The notes: a model not told the origin generated them from the letters alone. Positions 45,799 to 56,799 are shown, counted from the stretch's first letter. The stretch is 64,000 bases of DNA from an uncultured Bacteroidales bacterium (GCA_963765005.1 CAVXUP010000008.1:12941-76940); one strand, 5' to 3'. Numbers and translations are program-made.

Positions 45799-47322
45799 AT
45801 GCTGAAGTCGATAAAAGTATCATTAAAGGACACCCTTATCTACGGCCTTGGAAACATTGCTGTAAAGGTGGTTGGTTTGATATTGATACCCTGGACAACG
45901 AATCCGAAGTTCCTGCCAATGGATGATTTCGGGGTACTTGGCATACTTGAGATCTCAGCCCTTGTACTTACAGCCTGCATGGCTTCGGCCTTACCCCAGA
46001 GTCTTACACGATGGTTCTGGGATAAAAAGTATAAAGAGAATCAGAAGGGAATATTTTTTATGACCTTCGCCACGCAGGTGCTTGTCTCTGTAGTTTTCTG
46101 CCTTTTGCTTATTCCTCTGTCCGACACCTTTTCAGTTATCCTGTTTCAAAAAACCGACTGGTCGAAGGCTATAACATTTGTAATAATTGCCTCAAGCATC
46201 CAGTCGGTAAATAACATAATAAACACCCTGATGAGGCTGCAGTCAAGGTCAGTGCTTTATTCCTTTACCAATCTCTTCAAACTGACATCTGTTTTATCTC
46301 TCACCCTCTACTTCATTATTTCAAAAAAGATGGGCATCGAGGGCATCTATCTTGCCCAGGTGATAGGCAATTCACTTGTGGTACTTTTTCTTCTTGGTTA
46401 CACTATCAAAAACTCAATAGTTTATTTCGATAAAAAGGTTTTCCGGGAAATGAATCTCTACGGCTTCCCTCTTTTCCTTGCCAATATTTCTGCCGTCCTT
46501 CTTAATGTTATAGACAGGTTTTCTCTTAATTCACTTGACCTTCTAAAATCTGTTGCCTTATATACTCTTGCCTTTAAGATCACAAGCGTCCTGAAACTTG
46601 TGATTGTCGATTCAATGAAGCTTGCAATCGGTCCCATGATGTTTAAGAAACTGGATGATCCGGACAACAAGAGATTCTATTCGAAGGTGCTTTTATATTC
46701 ATCTTTTGTACTGATGTTTGCGATTATCGGCATCTCTATGTTTTCGTATGAAGTAGTTAAGGTGATGGCAAAATCGAGAGAATTCTGGGAGGCAGTGGCC
46801 ATAATTCCAATACTGGCTATCTCTGTCTTCTTTGTCAATATGAAGGATATCACAATCTATGGTTTGCATTTTGAGAAAAAGACAAGGATCATCGGGATGA
46901 TAGTTGTCGCTTCTACAATAATCGGGCTGGCATTTAACATGATGCTGATTCCTGTTCTTGGAATTACCGGTGCTGCGCTGGCGACATTGCTTTCGCAGGT
47001 TTTTTACTGGTATGCCTGCCACTATTTTGCGCAGAGATCGTATTTTATACCTTATGAATCAGGAAAAATAGTGACAATACTTGTTGCAGGCACGGTTTTG
47101 TCATTTTCAAGCCTTCTTCTGAATGATATTGAGCTGCTTCCAAGACTGCTGCTGAAAACTGCAGGGATTATAAGCTTTCCATTCATCCTTTACCTGTTTC
47201 ATTTCTATGAACCGGCAGAGCTACAGGCCATCCGCGGCTTTGCAAGAAAATGGAAAAATCTTAAAGATTTTCGGAAGAACCTCAATTCTCTTAAGGGAAT
47301 AAGAGACGATTTATCCCTGTAA
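45799..47322 (+). CDS. wzx: Oligosaccharide flippase (MOP/Wzx family)
   Basis: 507 aa with about 14 TMs and the polysaccharide-biosynthesis-protein pattern. Confidence 0.82.
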   Translation: MLKSIKVSLKDTLIYGLGNIAVKVVGLILIPWTTNPKFLPMDDFGVLGILEISALVLTACMASALPQSLTRWFWDKKYKENQKGIFFMTFATQVLVSVVFCLLLIPLSDTFSVILFQKTDWSKAITFVIIASSIQSVNNIINTLMRLQSRSVLYSFTNLFKLTSVLSLTLYFIISKKMGIEGIYLAQVIGNSLVVLFLLGYTIKNSIVYFDKKVFREMNLYGFPLFLANISAVLLNVIDRFSLNSLDLLKSVALYTLAFKITSVLKLVIVDSMKLAIGPMMFKKLDDPDNKRFYSKVLLYSSFVLMFAIIGISMFSYEVVKVMAKSREFWEAVAIIPILAISVFFVNMKDITIYGLHFEKKTRIIGMIVVASTIIGLAFNMMLIPVLGITGAALATLLSQVFYWYACHYFAQRSYFIPYESGKIVTILVAGTVLSFSSLLLNDIELLPRLLLKTAGIISFPFILYLFHFYEPAELQAIRGFARKWKNLKDFRKNLNSLKGIRDDLSL

Positions 47323-47365
47323 ATACATATTTTTGTCATTCTTAAAGCACCTTAATATCATTGTG

Positions 47366-47596
47366 ATGCAACTTAAAGAAAAACTTCAGCCTTATCTGCC
47401 TCATCTGACAGCAGTTTTTGTTTTCATCATTATATCTTTCGTTTACTTCTACCCTGTACTTGAGGGGAAGATCCTGAAGGCAAACGATTCGACAGTTTCA
47501 AAAATAAATTCAAAGGAGATAATCGACTTCAGGGAGAAAAACGGTCGGGAACCCTATGGACAAACTCTATATTCAGCGGGATGCCTGCCTACCTGA
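47366..47596 (+). CDS. YfhO-family membrane glycosyltransferase, N-terminal fragment
   Basis: Continues in 47581-49830 if one C is added to the CCC run 47552-47554 (GREPLWTNSIFSGMPAYLIS). Confidence 0.75.
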   Translation: MQLKEKLQPYLPHLTAVFVFIIISFVYFYPVLEGKILKANDSTVSKINSKEIIDFREKNGREPYGQTLYSAGCLPT

Positions 47597-49830
47597 TCTC
47601 GACCCGTTATCCCGGAAACCTTTTTAAAAATGTCGATACCGTTCTGAGAGTATTCAAAATGCCGGTATCAGTTCTTTTCGTATCAATGCTTGGATTCTAC
47701 CTCCTGCTTCTTATATTCGGAGTCAATCCCTGGCTCGCCATCACAGGGGCCATTGCCTATGGATTCTCGTCGTTTTTCTTTCAGATCATTGCAGCCGGCC
47801 ATAACACCCAGGCAATTGCCCTTGCTTACATGCCGCCGCTTATAGGAGGAGTTTATTATGCATACAGGAAGGATGCCATAAAAGGGGCTTTAATTACTGC
47901 ATTTGCACTTGCTCTCGAGATCATGGCCAACCATGTTCAGATTACCTATTATGCTTTGCTCTGCCTGCTTGTTTTCGGTATTGTTGAATTTATATTCTCC
48001 TACAGGAACAAGACAATGGCAAATTTTCTCAGGACTACTGCAATTCTGATTGTGCCGGTAATTATTGCAGTCGGAATTAACTTTGCAAGTCTTTATACAA
48101 CCTGGGAGTATGGAAAGTATTCGATAAGAGGCAAATCAGATCTTACTCATAACAACCGGAGCATAACGTCGGGGCTTGATAAAAACTATATCCTGTTCTG
48201 GAGTTACGGAGTTGATGAGACATTCAATCTTCTTATTCCCAACTATAAGGGAGGCTCAAGCAAACCTTTCGACAAGCAGTCGGAAACAGCTAAGGTTCTT
48301 ACCCGTAACGGAAATCCCCAGGCTGTCGATCAATTCCAGAAATACTGGGGAACCCAGCCTGGTACCGAGGGACCACATTATGTCGGGGCAATAGTCTTTT
48401 TTCTGTTCATACTTGGACTCGCCCTGATAAAAGGTCCGGAGAAATGGTGGCTGCTCGCTGCTACAATCTTATCGCTGATGCTTGCCTGGGGGAAAAATTT
48501 CCTGCCAGTGTCAAATTTCTTTATTGACTTTTTCCCGGGTTATAATAAGTTCAGGGCAGTTACAATGACGCTTGTGATAGCAGGTTTCTGCATGCCGCTC
48601 CTTGGAATTCTCGCACTCAGGGATATTTTTAACGGAACTCTTACGAAGAATCTGGTAATGAAAGGTTTGAAGATAGCAACCGGAGTTACAGGCGGCTTCC
48701 TTCTTCTTGTGCTTATCATCCCCGGGATTGCAGGCTCTTTTCTCGGATCCTATGAAACGGGTGGAGAGCTGCCTGCATGGCTTACTACAGCCCTTATCGA
48801 CGACAGAAAAAACCTGCTCAAAAGCGATGCTTTCAGGTCGCTTGCATTCATTCTGCTCTCAGCAGGAGTAATAGTTGCCTTTATCTTCGACAAGCTCAAA
48901 AAGGGACCGGCTATACTGATTATCACTCTACTTATACTTTTCGATCTCTGGTCGGCAGGCAAGAGGTATTTAAATGCTGACAGATTTGTCAAACCTTCGA
49001 TTGTTCAGAAATCTTTTGCTGCAACTGCAGCCGACGCTGCCATACTTCAGGACAAATCGTATTACAGGGTTTTCAACCGGAACGGCGCTACCTTCAGTGA
49101 CAATACACCTACATCATATTTTCACAAATCAATAGGCGGATATCATGGAGCAAAACTGAAGAGGTACCAGGAGTTTATCGACACTTCGCTTATCAGGAAT
49201 TTTGACCTTATTGACGCTGTAGGAAGCAATGCTTCGAGTATCGAGGAATTCCAGTCTGTATTCAAGAGCACAATTGCCCTTAACATGCTTAATGCAAAGT
49301 ACCTGATCTATAGTCCCGATGCTCCGCCTCTCGTTAACCCTTACGCTCTCGGAAATGCCTGGTTCGCCGGAAAAGCAGTTATGGTTCAGAATGCAAATGA
49401 GGAGATCTCTTATATGAACCGCTTTGACCCGTCCGCAGAGGCAATAATTGACAAGGTATTCAGTGACCAGGTAAGCAAAACAGCATATCCTGTGCTTGAG
49501 GGCGAGAAAATTGAGTTTGTAAGCTACCAGCCCGACGAGCTGGTATATAAATATACAGCAAAAGAGGAGAAACTTGCTGTCTTTTCCGAGATCTATTATC
49601 CTGCGGGATGGGAGTGTTTTATTGACGGCAAGGAGAGCAGGCATTTTAGAACTGATTATATCCTGAGAGGGATGATCTTACCTCCGGGAGATCATGAAGT
49701 CATATTCAGGTTCAGGCCATCTTCATATATCAATGGTAACAGGATCTCCCTGGCAAGTTCTGTGCTGCTGATACTTCTTGCGGCAGGATATTTTTTCACG
49801 GAGAACAGGCGTAAATCTAAGGCTGCCTAG
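47581..49830 (+). CDS. YfhO-family membrane glycosyltransferase, main fragment
   Basis: 749 aa, polytopic, with a large C-terminal extracytoplasmic domain. Confidence 0.8.
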   Translation: MPAYLISTRYPGNLFKNVDTVLRVFKMPVSVLFVSMLGFYLLLLIFGVNPWLAITGAIAYGFSSFFFQIIAAGHNTQAIALAYMPPLIGGVYYAYRKDAIKGALITAFALALEIMANHVQITYYALLCLLVFGIVEFIFSYRNKTMANFLRTTAILIVPVIIAVGINFASLYTTWEYGKYSIRGKSDLTHNNRSITSGLDKNYILFWSYGVDETFNLLIPNYKGGSSKPFDKQSETAKVLTRNGNPQAVDQFQKYWGTQPGTEGPHYVGAIVFFLFILGLALIKGPEKWWLLAATILSLMLAWGKNFLPVSNFFIDFFPGYNKFRAVTMTLVIAGFCMPLLGILALRDIFNGTLTKNLVMKGLKIATGVTGGFLLLVLIIPGIAGSFLGSYETGGELPAWLTTALIDDRKNLLKSDAFRSLAFILLSAGVIVAFIFDKLKKGPAILIITLLILFDLWSAGKRYLNADRFVKPSIVQKSFAATAADAAILQDKSYYRVFNRNGATFSDNTPTSYFHKSIGGYHGAKLKRYQEFIDTSLIRNFDLIDAVGSNASSIEEFQSVFKSTIALNMLNAKYLIYSPDAPPLVNPYALGNAWFAGKAVMVQNANEEISYMNRFDPSAEAIIDKVFSDQVSKTAYPVLEGEKIEFVSYQPDELVYKYTAKEEKLAVFSEIYYPAGWECFIDGKESRHFRTDYILRGMILPPGDHEVIFRFRPSSYINGNRISLASSVLLILLAAGYFFTENRRKSKAA

Positions 49831-49831
49831 A

Positions 49832-50728
49832 ATGGTGCATCACTCTGTGTGTCCTCTGTGCTCATCTGAGAAGATCACACTTTATTTAAAGTGCAACGAT
49901 CATTTTCTCAGCGCTGAAGAATTTGACCTCTGGCGCTGTTCCGCCTGCGGATTCAGGTTCACTCAGGATTACCCTGAGGAGAGCCTCATTGGAAGGTATT
50001 ATGAATCGGAGGATTATATTTCACACAGTTCAGCAAAGAGGAATCTCTCTGAAAAGATCTACCACCTGGCCCGGGGCATAATGCTCAGGAGAAAGAGGGC
50101 AATAACAGAAACCCGGACAGGTCTGAAGAAAGGGTTGCTTCTTGATATCGGAAGCGGCACCGGACATTACGCTGCAGAGATGAAAAAGGGCGGCTGGATT
50201 GTGAAAGCGGTTGAGATAAATGAGAAAGCCCGTGATTTCTCGATAAATAATTTTGATCTTGATGTTATATCTCCGGAAGCCATTTCGGCGCTGAAGGATG
50301 AGAGCTTCGACTGCATAACGCTGTGGCATGTGCTGGAACACTTTCACGACCCGTTCATGTATGGCCGGGAGATATTCCGGCTCTTAAAACCAGGAGGGAT
50401 TTCAATTGTAGCCTTACCTAACAGCGGCTCATCTGATGCAGAGAATTTTGGCAGTTACTGGGCAGCATATGACGTACCAAGGCATCTGTGGCATTTCAAT
50501 CCTGCCAGCTTCAGCACTTTTTCGGAAAAAGCCGGATTTTCGCTGCAGGAGATTATCTCTCTTCCGCTTGATGTCTTCTATATATCTTATCTCAGCCAGA
50601 AATATAAGGGAACCCCGGCCCCATTTATAATTGGAATTATCAGAGCCCTGCCATGGGCAATTCACTCGCTCTTTAAAAGGGAGAAAAGCAGCTCGCTGAT
50701 CTATATCCTCCGGAAACCTGATAAATAG
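49832..50728 (+). CDS. SAM-dependent methyltransferase with N-terminal CxxC...CxxC zinc ribbon
   Basis: CPLCSS...CSACGF followed by motif I LLDIGSGTGHY. ATG at 49832, 1 nt after the YfhO stop. Confidence 0.85.
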   Translation: MVHHSVCPLCSSEKITLYLKCNDHFLSAEEFDLWRCSACGFRFTQDYPEESLIGRYYESEDYISHSSAKRNLSEKIYHLARGIMLRRKRAITETRTGLKKGLLLDIGSGTGHYAAEMKKGGWIVKAVEINEKARDFSINNFDLDVISPEAISALKDESFDCITLWHVLEHFHDPFMYGREIFRLLKPGGISIVALPNSGSSDAENFGSYWAAYDVPRHLWHFNPASFSTFSEKAGFSLQEIISLPLDVFYISYLSQKYKGTPAPFIIGIIRALPWAIHSLFKREKSSSLIYILRKPDK

Positions 50729-50732
50729 CCCC

Positions 50733-51710
50733 CTAGTATCTATCCAGCCACCTGTACCTGCGGGTATTATCGCCGAGTTTAAGGGCAAGGGTTATTTCGT
50801 GGGTACCGTAAGTTACCTTCTGGATCTCCTGAAGAGTAAAGTCGAAGGAATAACCGAAAAAGAACTTCTCATATTTGAAACCAATATTGCCAATAATCGC
50901 GCCAGCTGTGCGGTATGACAAACCCGCCCATAGATTCTGGTCGTAGATATATGTGAATCCGATATCTGCCATCGGCTTAAGCTGCTCAGACATAACAAGA
51001 AGTATTGACGGCTGCAGTTCCGTCTTTATGCCCGACTCGAAACTATAGGTCCCGAAGAGATAATAGTGCCGTTCCATCTGGTAATTATCATAGGTGGCAT
51101 CGGCAATTTTGGCTGCGCCTTCAAAAAGCTGCTCCACAGAAAAACCTGCAGAATACCTTTCATTCAGCAGGTAAGCGCCAAAGGCCATATCAGGCACGAA
51201 CATTCCCCGCCGCAGCTCATCATTCAGCCAGGGCTCATTCGGATCCTCAAAGTCGATCTGGGTTTCATCGATCTTGAAATGATACCCTGTTAAAGCGAGA
51301 CCCATAGAGAACTGAGTAGCATCCTTCAGCCTCAGATGATAGGCATAGGTAGCCTGAAATCCTGTGCGCTGAATAAGGCCGTTCCTGTCGCTGAATACAT
51401 AGCCTCCCAATCCTACCCTGCCACTATAGGCAGGCCGGAAAAAGTTGTTATTGATTTTTGTTTCTTTCAGAATGTAACTTCTTTTGAGAATCCTGGCCTG
51501 GCCGCTGAAGGAAAATGTCCTGGGAGCGCCTGTGTATCCTACCCACTGCTCACGGGCAGTCATATTGAAGCTTGTATAACCATCACTCCCTGCAACTGCA
51601 GGATTTATCATGAACTTGTTAAAGAGATACTGACTGTATATGGGAAGCTGCTGCCCGGAAGCCAGGCTTCCTGCCAGAAGACAAAGTAATATGAAAGTCA
51701 GTTTTCTCAC
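50733..51710 (-). CDS. PorP/SprF-family type IX secretion system membrane protein
   Basis: QQLPIYSQYLFNKFMINPAVAGSDGYTSFNMTAREQWVGYTGAPRTFSFSG is the PorP/SprF family start. Lies directly downstream of the adhesin CTD. Confidence 0.9.
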   Translation of the reverse strand: MRKLTFILLCLLAGSLASGQQLPIYSQYLFNKFMINPAVAGSDGYTSFNMTAREQWVGYTGAPRTFSFSGQARILKRSYILKETKINNNFFRPAYSGRVGLGGYVFSDRNGLIQRTGFQATYAYHLRLKDATQFSMGLALTGYHFKIDETQIDFEDPNEPWLNDELRRGMFVPDMAFGAYLLNERYSAGFSVEQLFEGAAKIADATYDNYQMERHYYLFGTYSFESGIKTELQPSILLVMSEQLKPMADIGFTYIYDQNLWAGLSYRTAGAIIGNIGFKYEKFFFGYSFDFTLQEIQKVTYGTHEITLALKLGDNTRRYRWLDRY

Positions 51711-51727
51711 TCTGTTAATACAATTAT

Positions 51728-54700
51728 CTACTTGACTATTGTTATGTTTCCCACAATTATCCTTCCTCCCCTGTGAACATCAATCATATAATGGTACGAA
51801 TCGATCGGCAGCACTTTGCCGCCGCTTCTGCCATCCCATGGTTTCGGATATCCCTTTTCTGACACCCATATTGTTGCGCCCCACCTGTTAATCACCTTTA
51901 CCTCCATCTCAGGATAGAGATCGGAGTTCTCAATATTCCAGACATCATTTATAAGATCACCATTTGGTGATATTGCATTATGTATGATAAGGCAGGTTTC
52001 GTTGATCGCTTTCACAAACAGAGAGTCTGTTGCCGTACACCCATTGAAATCAGTTACAATTACGCTGAAGTCTCCCTCTGCAACAGCCGGAAGGTTCTGG
52101 GTTGACGAATTATCAGACCATTTGTAAGTATAATCGGTGCTGATAACTCCTCCTGTCACAGCCAGCTGAATTGCGCCATCCGGCCTGTCGGGGCATGAAG
52201 GATCAATAACACTGAAAGCAAGCCTTATTGAATCAGGCTGTATCAGGGTCACTGATGAAGCGGCACTGCAGTTATTTGCATCTGACACAATTAGATCGTA
52301 TTGCCCTGCCGGAAGACCAGTTCGTATCTGATCGGTATTTCCGTCGGACCAGTAGTAAGATATTGCTCCTGCGAAATTCTCAGTCTCGACTGCTATTGTG
52401 CCTGTGCTGTCGCCCATGCAGTTTAGATTGAATCCGCCGTCGTTACTTTCGGAAAGTATGAATTTAATCTCAGGAATACCAGGCTCATCGAGTGTAATGG
52501 TATCTGTAACAGTACAATATTTCGAATCGAGAATCGTCAGATAGTAGTCACCTGCCTTAAGCCCGGTAATGTTCCTTTCTGTGGATGTGAATCCCGTTGA
52601 GCTTGTCCAGTTGTATACAAACGGAGCCGTACCGCTTGACGGGGTAATATCTATGGTACCATTGGAAAGTCCTGTACAGCTGATGGCATACCCATTATAG
52701 TCGGAGGGTAAATAGTCAAACAATAAATCAGGCGGTCTGTTGACTCTTGCAGAATCCCTGCCGGTACATCCATTTGCATCGGTAATATCCACAATATGAT
52801 AACCTTCGGTAAGACCTGTAATTTTATCAGCCGTCGATCCGTTAAGCCAATGGTAGGTGTAAGGACCGACACCTCCTGCTCCTGTGACACTCAACTCTCC
52901 ATCGTTGGCACCTGCAGACTGACATGTAATATCCGTTACATCAAAGATTCCGGTTATAGGCGCAGGCTGAGTCAGGGTTATGTAGTTGACTATTTCACAA
53001 CTATTGGAGTCCTGGACAGCTATTCTGTATGTACCTGCAGTTAGAGCCACCTGATCCTTGTGACCAGGAACTATTCCTGAACCATCGCTTGTTGTCCATA
53101 TGTAAGTGTAGGTTCCGCCTGTTCCACCAGAAGCAGAAATATAAATTCCGCCCGTTCCGCCCGGACAACTGATATTAAATGGCCCGTTGGGAACCGGAGA
53201 TGGTGTAACAGTTACTGTGATCACCGGAGGTTCGGTAAGAGTGTAGGTATCAACAGGCAGCTTTATACATCCGGTATTATCTCTTACTGTGACAGTGTAT
53301 GTGCCAGCTTTTATACCTGAAATATCTTCAAGTGTTGATGTAAATCCGTCGGGACCTGTCCAGGAATAGAACAGAGGCGCAACACCTCCGTTAATTGTAA
53401 TATTGATGTATCCGTCATTCCCTCCGTTGCACGATACATTTGTATTGCCATGAGCGCTTCTTGAAATCACGGCAGGGCTGGCAGTCATACCCGGGAGTTC
53501 TGTAAGTGTAACACTGTCGAGGTCCGCCACACATCCAAGCACATCAAATACCCTTATATAGTATTTCCCGGCAGGGACGCTGTCAAGAAGCGCTTCATTG
53601 GAACTTACTCCGAGAGGCAATCCTGTTGCTGCGGACCACTGGTAGATATAACCGCCGTTGCCCCCTGAAGGAATGGCAAGTGAGGAGCCGTTACTGTATC
53701 CAAGACATGAGACATTTGTATTCTGGAACTGGATTGTAATAGGATCAGGTTCGAGAAGTTCGGCATTCTCGAAAAACTCGCAGCCGTTTGCATCAATTAT
53801 GCGGATCCGATAGCTTCCAGACCTGAGATTATTGTAGATCTTATAGGTATTTGGATTTGAAGGATTAAAGTTGCCAGAAAATACTCCACTTCCAATAACA
53901 TCAGTACTATTGTAAATTACCCAGAACTGGTACGGAGGAGATATACCTGCCGAAACCTGAGCTCTGAGCGACCCGTCACTGAATCCCGGACAGGAGATAT
54001 GGTTATTGAGCGGAGGTATAGGACTCGGGAAGATCCTGGGCCTCGCAGGGATCTGTGTAATGGTTTTGTCGAGAGAATCCCTGCACATATTATTATCGGT
54101 AACAACCACATGATACGGGCCCTGGTTAAGGTAATAGATCTCCACATCATTGCTCTGGAATCCGACAGGTCCTGTCCACCTCACCTGGTAAGGGTCTGCT
54201 CCTTTTGTAAGAATAACCTTTAGGGCGGCAAGACCTGCAGTCAGATCGCAGGTGAATGATTTAAGTTCGTCTATCCTCTTCAACGTTTTTGGATGTACCT
54301 GAACTTCTGAAGTAAATATCCTTCCCGGTTTACATGCAGGTCCGTTTACAACTCTTGGAATGATATTATACAATACAGAACTTACACTGTCAATGCGTGA
54401 TCCTTCAGCAATATTTTTATAACTGTAACCCATCTTATGTCCGGGATCAAGATCATTTTTAGGATCTGAGTTGCCAATAATATCACCGGGCACTCCGGTA
54501 AATCTTACAGTATAATCGAATTTTATCGTTCCGGATGTCATGAAGGTAGGCGATTTGAGCTCAATATCAGTAATGCCGCCGCTGCAGATAACCGGCATCA
54601 GGTTAACAGGTGTTGCCCTGGGTGTTGGATTTACAGTTACCCTGACATTTTCTGCAGGACCATCGGCGCAGCCAAGAGGACTGACAGGAACAAGCCGGTA

Positions 54701-56563
54701 AGTAACTATACGGAAAGTATCCGTCAGGTTAGCCAGCTTGTCAGTAATATACTGATCGTTAAGCAGACCGCTTGTCGGAGAGGTATAGCCTGTGACAAGC
54801 CCTGATGAAGTTACTGTATATTTAAAGCTTATTGCTCCCGTAGTGAATATGCTCGGACTCTGAAGCCGGATACTTGTGTTTGTGCTGTCGCACTGAGGGG
54901 CAGGATCGACAGGAACAGGGAAAATTCTCGGCTGCGGATTGATCCGGACAGTCAGCGAGAATGGAATTCCCAGAGCACATTCGGGTCCTGAATCTCCCGG
55001 CCGGATATGCGGGGTAAAATTGTAGATAATATTGCCCACAACATCATTGCTGTTGACAATAATATCGGTGAGTGCAGCAACCCCTGTGGCTGTCTGATTT
55101 GTAAGACCTGCTGAAAGGGTACCCGTTATACCTCCGGGATAAACAACCGGATCGAGATTGTAATACCATGTTGCGCCAGGATTGACAATATTCAGATTTG
55201 TGATGTCAAACGTGGCAGGCTGCTCGTAGCACAATTCCAGATCAGCGTCTACAAGGATCCTGGGTCTTGGGTTTATTTTTATTTCCAAAAACACTTCTAC
55301 TCCATCTGCACAATCATCGTCGCCGTCTCCGGGTCGTATATGCGGAATAAATCTGTATCCTACTGTCTGCACGTCATTTGTTGTGTTGACAATATTATCA
55401 GTAAGTGCTCCGATACCAGTGGCGGTCTGGTCTGTCAGACCTGTCGGCCAGCTGCCGGTGACTCCCAAAGGATAGGTTGTTTCTATATCGTAGTACCAGG
55501 TAGTTCCGGTATTGACTATGTTCAGCTTGGTGATATCAAATTTTGCAGGTCCATCATAGCATAACTCCGTATCAGTAGTGACGGCGATCTTTGGCTGCGG
55601 GTTGATGACTACCTCGACGGTAATCGCAACGCCTGTTTCACATTCATCCCCTCCGTCGCCCGGACGTATATGTGGAATGAACTTATAGGTAACAGTCTTA
55701 TAGTCATTGGTAGTGTTTACAAGATTATCAGTAAGTGCTCCAATACCGGTAGCGGTCTGATCGGTGAGACCCGTCGGCCAGCTGCCGGTGACTCCCAAAG
55801 GATAGGTTGTTTCTACATCGTAGTACCAGGTAGTTCCGGTATTGACTGTATTCAGCTTGGTGATATCGAATACAGCAGACCCTGTATAACAAAGCTCAGG
55901 ATCAGTGGTGACTGCTATCTTTGGCTGCGGGTTGATGACGATATCGATGGTAACCTCAACGCCTGCTTCACATTCGTCCCCTCCGTCGCCCGGACGTATA
56001 TGAGGAATGAACTTGTAGGTAACAGTCTTAAAGTCATTTGTAGTGTTTACAAGATTATCAGTAAGTGCTCCAATACCAGTGGCGGTCTGGTCTGTCAGAC
56101 CTGTCGGCCAGCTGCCGGTGACTCCCAAAGGATAGGTTGTTTCTATATCGTAGTACCAGGTAGTTCCGGTATTGACTATGTTCAGCTTGGTGATATCAAA
56201 TTTTGCAGGTCCATCATAGCATAACTCCGTATCAGTAGTGACTGCGATCTTTGGCTGCGGGTTGATCACTATCTCGACGGTAATCTCAACGCCTGCTTCA
56301 CATTCGTCCCCTCCGTCGCCCGGACGTATATGTGGAATGAACTTATAGGTAACAGTCTTAAAGTCATTGGTAGTGTTTACAAGATTATCAGTAAGTGCTC
56401 CAATACCGGTAGCGGTCTGATTGATTAACCCTGCCGACAGGGTACCGCTAACGCCCAAAGGATAAACAACAGGTGCCAGATCGTAGTACCAGGTAGTTCC
56501 GGTATTGACTCGTATTGACTGTTCAGATTTGTGATATCGAATACCGCAGACCCTGTATAACAA
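51728..56563 (-). CDS. Giant SprB-like T9SS adhesin, C-terminal fragment (110-aa modules, diverged PKD-like modules, about 10 SprB repeats, type-B CTD)
   Basis: CTD: NAISPNGDLINDVWNI...VINRWGATIW...WDGRSGGKVLPIDSYHYMI. SprB repeats of the type CNGGNDGYINITINGG...YSWTGPDGFTS...AGTYTVTVRDNTGC. Confidence 0.9.
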   Translation of the reverse strand: MLYRVCGIRYHKSEQSIRVNTGTTWYYDLAPVVYPLGVSGTLSAGLINQTATGIGALTDNLVNTTNDFKTVTYKFIPHIRPGDGGDECEAGVEITVEIVINPQPKIAVTTDTELCYDGPAKFDITKLNIVNTGTTWYYDIETTYPLGVTGSWPTGLTDQTATGIGALTDNLVNTTNDFKTVTYKFIPHIRPGDGGDECEAGVEVTIDIVINPQPKIAVTTDPELCYTGSAVFDITKLNTVNTGTTWYYDVETTYPLGVTGSWPTGLTDQTATGIGALTDNLVNTTNDYKTVTYKFIPHIRPGDGGDECETGVAITVEVVINPQPKIAVTTDTELCYDGPAKFDITKLNIVNTGTTWYYDIETTYPLGVTGSWPTGLTDQTATGIGALTDNIVNTTNDVQTVGYRFIPHIRPGDGDDDCADGVEVFLEIKINPRPRILVDADLELCYEQPATFDITNLNIVNPGATWYYNLDPVVYPGGITGTLSAGLTNQTATGVAALTDIIVNSNDVVGNIIYNFTPHIRPGDSGPECALGIPFSLTVRINPQPRIFPVPVDPAPQCDSTNTSIRLQSPSIFTTGAISFKYTVTSSGLVTGYTSPTSGLLNDQYITDKLANLTDTFRIVTYRLVPVSPLGCADGPAENVRVTVNPTPRATPVNLMPVICSGGITDIELKSPTFMTSGTIKFDYTVRFTGVPGDIIGNSDPKNDLDPGHKMGYSYKNIAEGSRIDSVSSVLYNIIPRVVNGPACKPGRIFTSEVQVHPKTLKRIDELKSFTCDLTAGLAALKVILTKGADPYQVRWTGPVGFQSNDVEIYYLNQGPYHVVVTDNNMCRDSLDKTITQIPARPRIFPSPIPPLNNHISCPGFSDGSLRAQVSAGISPPYQFWVIYNSTDVIGSGVFSGNFNPSNPNTYKIYNNLRSGSYRIRIIDANGCEFFENAELLEPDPITIQFQNTNVSCLGYSNGSSLAIPSGGNGGYIYQWSAATGLPLGVSSNEALLDSVPAGKYYIRVFDVLGCVADLDSVTLTELPGMTASPAVISRSAHGNTNVSCNGGNDGYINITINGGVAPLFYSWTGPDGFTSTLEDISGIKAGTYTVTVRDNTGCIKLPVDTYTLTEPPVITVTVTPSPVPNGPFNISCPGGTGGIYISASGGTGGTYTYIWTTSDGSGIVPGHKDQVALTAGTYRIAVQDSNSCEIVNYITLTQPAPITGIFDVTDITCQSAGANDGELSVTGAGGVGPYTYHWLNGSTADKITGLTEGYHIVDITDANGCTGRDSARVNRPPDLLFDYLPSDYNGYAISCTGLSNGTIDITPSSGTAPFVYNWTSSTGFTSTERNITGLKAGDYYLTILDSKYCTVTDTITLDEPGIPEIKFILSESNDGGFNLNCMGDSTGTIAVETENFAGAISYYWSDGNTDQIRTGLPAGQYDLIVSDANNCSAASSVTLIQPDSIRLAFSVIDPSCPDRPDGAIQLAVTGGVISTDYTYKWSDNSSTQNLPAVAEGDFSVIVTDFNGCTATDSLFVKAINETCLIIHNAISPNGDLINDVWNIENSDLYPEMEVKVINRWGATIWVSEKGYPKPWDGRSGGKVLPIDSYHYMIDVHRGGRIIVGNITIVK
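52020..54260 (-). repeat. SprB-repeat region (about 10 diverged units of roughly 75-85 aa)
   Basis: Recurrent C.G..DG.I......G..PY.Y.W........T...I..L.AG.Y.V.V.D..GC pattern. Confidence 0.75.
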
Positions 56564-56799
56564 AGCTCAGGATCAGTGGTGACCGCTATCTTTGGCTGAG
56601 GGTTGATGACTACCTCGATAGTAACCTCAACGCCTGCTTCACATTCGTCCCCTCCGTCGCCCGGACGTATATGTGGAATGAACTTATAGGTAACAGTCTT
56701 AAAGTCATTGGTCGTGTTGACTAGATTATCTGTAAGCGCTGCAATACCGGTGGCGGTCTGATCGGTGAGACCCGTCGGCCAGCTGCCGGTGACTCCCAA
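56425..56799 (-). CDS. Giant adhesin, internal fragment (one 110-aa module)
   Basis: Same module sequence as its neighbours. Separated from them by indels at 56511-56522 and 57097-57116. Confidence 0.8.
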   Translation of the reverse strand: MGVTGSWPTGLTDQTATGIAALTDNLVNTTNDFKTVTYKFIPHIRPGDGGDECEAGVEVTIEVVINPQPKIAVTTDPELCYTGSAVFDITNLNSQYESIPELPGTTIWHLLFILWALAVPCRQG

